Assembly: GCA_963692865.2 (NCBI GenBank)
Contig: OY843592.1
Location: forward strand, 448,001 to 512,000
DNA: 64,000 nt
Source: a bacterium
Lineage (GTDB): Bacteria; UBA8248
Reading direction: 5' to 3'
Each line of letters opens with the position of its first letter. Within the stretch, counting starts at the first letter, position 1. The position numbers and the translations under genes are program-made. The notes beneath the pieces are model-generated. The model had not been told where the DNA came from. It saw only the letters and a program-made list of their open reading frames with translations, and searched no databases. Positions 56,810 to 64,000 of this stretch are shown here, in pieces.

Positions 56810-57676
56810 CTACAGAGCGGAGAAAAATTCCTCATCCGGCGTGATTTCCGTCTTCACGCCAAGTTCTAATTTTTTCAACAACTCACAAAGTTCAAGACCA
56901 TCGATAAGGTCAATGGCCGGGGCGCCGTCTCTCACCGCTTCTCGCTCCGCTTCCTTGGTGAATCTTCCGGTGGTCATAAACAACCCTTTATCCGCGCGGC
57001 CAACCATCGCACCCCTGAAATCTCGAATCGCGCCTGCGCCAACTGAGTCTGTATACCTCTTGCATTGAAATCGGACATGAAACGAAAGGAGATTGACGCG
57101 CAAAACTCCTGCGCCATCTATGCCGCCATCGCCAGATTTTCCCGTTACCTCTACTTTCGTGAAACCGGACTCACGAAGGATGCGCTGGCAGAGACGCTCG
57201 AAGGCGTCGGGTTCAATACGGCGAACAATATCGAGTAGCTTTTCTTGCCAATCCGTTTCAGGCAAATCAACATTCTCAGTGTCGTTATTCTCTATACACG
57301 CCGAATTCGTAGACGTATCAACACTCTTCGCCTTCTGCGCTTGGTAATTGTTCCACCACTCGCGGTTGAGACTACGTACTTGATTATCATCCTGAATTTG
57401 CCTGCCTCGTTCAGTGATCGTCCAAACACCCTTGGATGTATTATCGACCGCGCCGATCTTCTTAAGTGCAGTACGCGCCCATGCAGAGCGAAATTCAAAT
57501 TCTGATTGAGTACCACCTTCTTTGTGTGGAACCTCCAAAATCTGATCAGATAACCCTAAGTCGGACGTGATTTGTTCCAAGAGTTCCTGAATAGAAGCGG
57601 AACCTCCTTTCGCTTCTAAAGCTTTCAGTGTAGGCCAAAGCAAATCGTCGGATTTTATAGTCCATTGTTTCGCCAT
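56810..57676 (-). CDS. mrr: Mrr-family (type IV) restriction endonuclease
   Basis: N-terminal winged helix (WARTALKKIG..KGVWTIT), FERLC, GDGGIDG, QCKRY, IRDFRGA, IDLIDG; lower GC than flanks. Confidence 0.92.
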   Translation of the reverse strand: MAKQWTIKSDDLLWPTLKALEAKGGSASIQELLEQITSDLGLSDQILEVPHKEGGTQSEFEFRSAWARTALKKIGAVDNTSKGVWTITERGRQIQDDNQVRSLNREWWNNYQAQKAKSVDTSTNSACIENNDTENVDLPETDWQEKLLDIVRRIEPDAFERLCQRILRESGFTKVEVTGKSGDGGIDGAGVLRVNLLSFHVRFQCKRYTDSVGAGAIRDFRGAMVGRADKGLFMTTGRFTKEAEREAVRDGAPAIDLIDGLELCELLKKLELGVKTEITPDEEFFSAL

Positions 57677-57762
57677 ACGTTATCCCTTTTCCCGTCTATT
57701 CGTGTTTCCTCTATGGCTTCTAAATTGTAATCCGAAAGGGCACAAACGTCATTTATTCTGCC

Positions 57763-58158
57763 TGGTTTCCGGCATCCGCCGGAATGACGGACGAAATCAT
57801 TCCAAACCTGTAAGAGGAGGTCAATCTCTACGCATGAGAGAGGAATGGATATGTAAGAGAATCGAGCGGACACATCGGTCCGCCCCTATAAGTCAATTTC
57901 TTCAGTATCGTGCGCGAATCACTCCCCCCTTGAGGGTTGGGCTTCCCGAGGGGAAAGCCCAACGATGAAGCCGAGCGGTTTGTGCGAAGGCTGAATCGGT
58001 GGGGGTAAAACGTGTTTTTTCGCCATTCCGAATTATACCCCCCACCGAATCGCTTTCGGGCTTGCGCCCTTGGCTCTTCGACTCCCCCTCAAGGGGGGAG
58101 TGAAATTCAAAAGCGTTCGTGAAACCTACAATCGCTTCCGGAGGTTTTTCAACAGCCT
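57763..58158. repeat. Repeat mosaic upstream of mrr (CCGG..CCGGAATGAC arm, REP arm, inverted copy of the 32092-32300 element)
   Basis: Direct sequence similarity to the other copies. Confidence 0.75.
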
Positions 58159-58269
58159 CTTGAGGGTAGAGTGAGCGGAACCATCAGCTTCAAGAGCAAC
58201 TCTCCCGGCGCAGACACAAAAACCACGCCGTCGGGCCAAACATCGCCCATCAGATTGCGCACAGCTTCC

Positions 58270-58881
58270 TCAAGGCCCCCAGGCGAGAAAAACCGGGATG
58301 AGCGACGCCAAGAGCAGAAGCGCCATCACTGCGTTGAAAATCCTGAGCCATTTCCTGGCGGTCAATATCCGTCCGATTCCGACGCCGAACAACGTCCAGA
58401 TGGAAATGCTTGGTATGCAGACGATTAGAAATATCGAGGCGATCAGAGCGATTTCAAAGTAAAAATATCCGCTCGCGCTCGTATACGCGGTGATCGCGCC
58501 CACCGCCATGACCCAGGCCTTGGGGTTCACCCACTGGAAACCGGCGGCCTGGAGAAAGGTGAATGGGCTACCGGACTTTTCCCTCGATCCGCCCACTCCA
58601 TCGGCGGTCGCGATTTTCCACGCCATCCAGAGGATGTAGGCGCAACCGAGAGATTTGAGGACGATGTGGACTCCGGGCAACGCATGGAATAATCCGCCCA
58701 GGCCGAGCCCCACGGCGATCACCATGACCGGAAATCCGAGGCTGATTCCCAGTATGTGCCCGAGCGTTCGGCGATACCCGAAGTTCGTCCCCGAAGCCAT
58801 CACCATGATGGTGTTGGGACCGGGCGTGATGGTGGTGGAAACCGCAAACGAGAGCACGGGCGCGATGAGTTCCATCATCAT
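58270..58881 (-). CDS. LysE family translocator
   Basis: ITPGPNT, FQWVNPKAW. Confidence 0.92.
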   Translation of the reverse strand: MMMELIAPVLSFAVSTTITPGPNTIMVMASGTNFGYRRTLGHILGISLGFPVMVIAVGLGLGGLFHALPGVHIVLKSLGCAYILWMAWKIATADGVGGSREKSGSPFTFLQAAGFQWVNPKAWVMAVGAITAYTSASGYFYFEIALIASIFLIVCIPSISIWTLFGVGIGRILTARKWLRIFNAVMALLLLASLIPVFLAWGP

Positions 58882-58907
58882 GAGAAAACGACACTCCCTG
58901 CACAGAC

Positions 58908-58944
58908 AAAAAAACCCGCCGGCGCGCTTGCCGGCGGGGTTTTC
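58908..58944 (-). terminator. rRNA operon terminator
   Basis: CCCGCCGGC...GCCGGCGGG hairpin followed by a T-run on the minus strand. Confidence 0.8.
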
Positions 58945-58952
58945 GGTTCATA

Positions 58953-59068
58953 TTCCGGCGACGACCCACTCTCCCACGGAAAGGACCGCAGTACCATAGG
59001 CGCTGGCGGGCTTAACTGCCGTGTTCGGGATGGGAACGGGTGTGGCCCCGCCGCTATAGCCACCGGAA
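58953..59068 (-). rRNA. rrf: 5S rRNA
   Basis: CCCGTTCCCATCCCGAACACGGCAGTTAAG...GATGGTACTGC-like and GGGAGAGT motifs. Confidence 0.95.
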
Positions 59069-59151
59069 ATTCCTGAAATTCCCGACAATCAAATCACGCG
59101 ATTGGCGACATCAAGCTCCCGGCCGAGAACCGATGAGAGAAATCTCGAATC

Positions 59152-62141
<2,990 letters not shown>

Positions 62142-62295
62142 GAATCTTGAGATTTCAGATCCTCAGCCAATACTGAGAGCCTTCAATGATTATGCCAATT
62201 CACGCGATTCGATTGTCAAAGAGCAAAAGGCGGAAGAAACTCCCGCCCGGATTGCTGAAGAATTCAAATTCATCGTCCACAGCCGCCGGTTCAGA

Positions 62296-62371
62296 TGGTG
62301 GAGATGAGCGGGCTCGAACCGCCGACCTCCTGGTTGCAAACCAGGCGCTCTCCCGACTGAGCTACATCCCC
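62296..62371 (-). tRNA. tRNA-Ala(TGC)
   Basis: GGGGATGTAGCTCAG...CCTGG-TT-TGC-AA-CCAGG...CCA in the ITS. Confidence 0.96.
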
Positions 62372-62496
62372 ATCTCAGATTCCGCTTCAGGGAACGGCCC
62401 GCGACGATGAGCCTGCTCGGCTCCGCTCAACGGTCCATCCACGCCATCGCTCCCAGGCGTTTCATGTCATGCGCCTCGTCCCCGACCATCCCGATA

Positions 62497-62573
62497 TGGT
62501 GGGCCTACCTGGATTTGAACCAGGGACCTCGCGCTTATCAGGCGCGCGCTCTGACCAACTGAGCTATAGGCCC
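62497..62573 (-). tRNA. tRNA-Ile(GAT)
   Basis: GGGCCTATAGCTCAG...CT-GAT-AA...CCA in the ITS. Confidence 0.96.
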
Positions 62574-62888
62574 GCGACCTCGCCCGCGCGATCTTGAATC
62601 CAACTACCGCGTCGGGACTCACCCAGGCATTCGGCCCAAATTCAAATGCAATCGAATCCGGGACAATTCGCATACCCGCTGTGGCGTTATTCTCAAGAAC
62701 AGGATATGGACGGCCCGAGACGGGCCATCGACCTTGAAGCGCCGATTCGTTCTGCAACCATCCTGCCATACGCCAAGGGCGCAAGGCGGCGTCGCACGAT
62801 CTTCAGGCAAGTGAGCGGCTTGTTCTCACCGGACGGCGAAAACGCCCTCTCTCCCCTCCCGTGCTTTTTGAAAACGAATCTTTCAGCA

Positions 62889-64000
<1,112 letters not shown>

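Overview
High-GC bacterial chromosomal window. It holds catabolic and transport operons (two hydantoinase/oxoprolinase A/B pairs, an aminobenzoate-CoA-ligase-like gene, TRAP and CUT1-type ABC transporters, an amidohydrolase/cyclase/cupin cluster), a complete phoBR-pstSCAB-phoU locus with Pho boxes, tadA with tRNA-Ser(CGA), hflKC, nucleoside hydrolase with ribokinase, a TonB-dependent receptor, an Mrr endonuclease, and most of an rRNA operon on the minus strand (partial 16S, tRNA-Ile, tRNA-Ala, 23S, 5S). Many intergenic regions are mosaics of palindromic REP/MITE-like modules. Two signals are missed by the ORF track. (1) Two tandem peroxiredoxin-like genes carry in-frame TGA at the redox motif, one reading U-P-Y-U (two selenocysteines) and the other U-P-Y-C, each followed by SECIS-like hairpins. 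(2) An intergenic locus at about 41760-42280 has a near-symmetric array of four NrdR-like boxes, four DnaA-like boxes and an IHF-like site, upstream of a sigma70 promoter that points into a roughly 290-nt highly structured non-coding segment ending in a terminator. No ribonucleotide reductase gene follows it, so it is a candidate replication/dNTP-coupled ncRNA. All family calls come from motif recognition by eye; no database searches were run.
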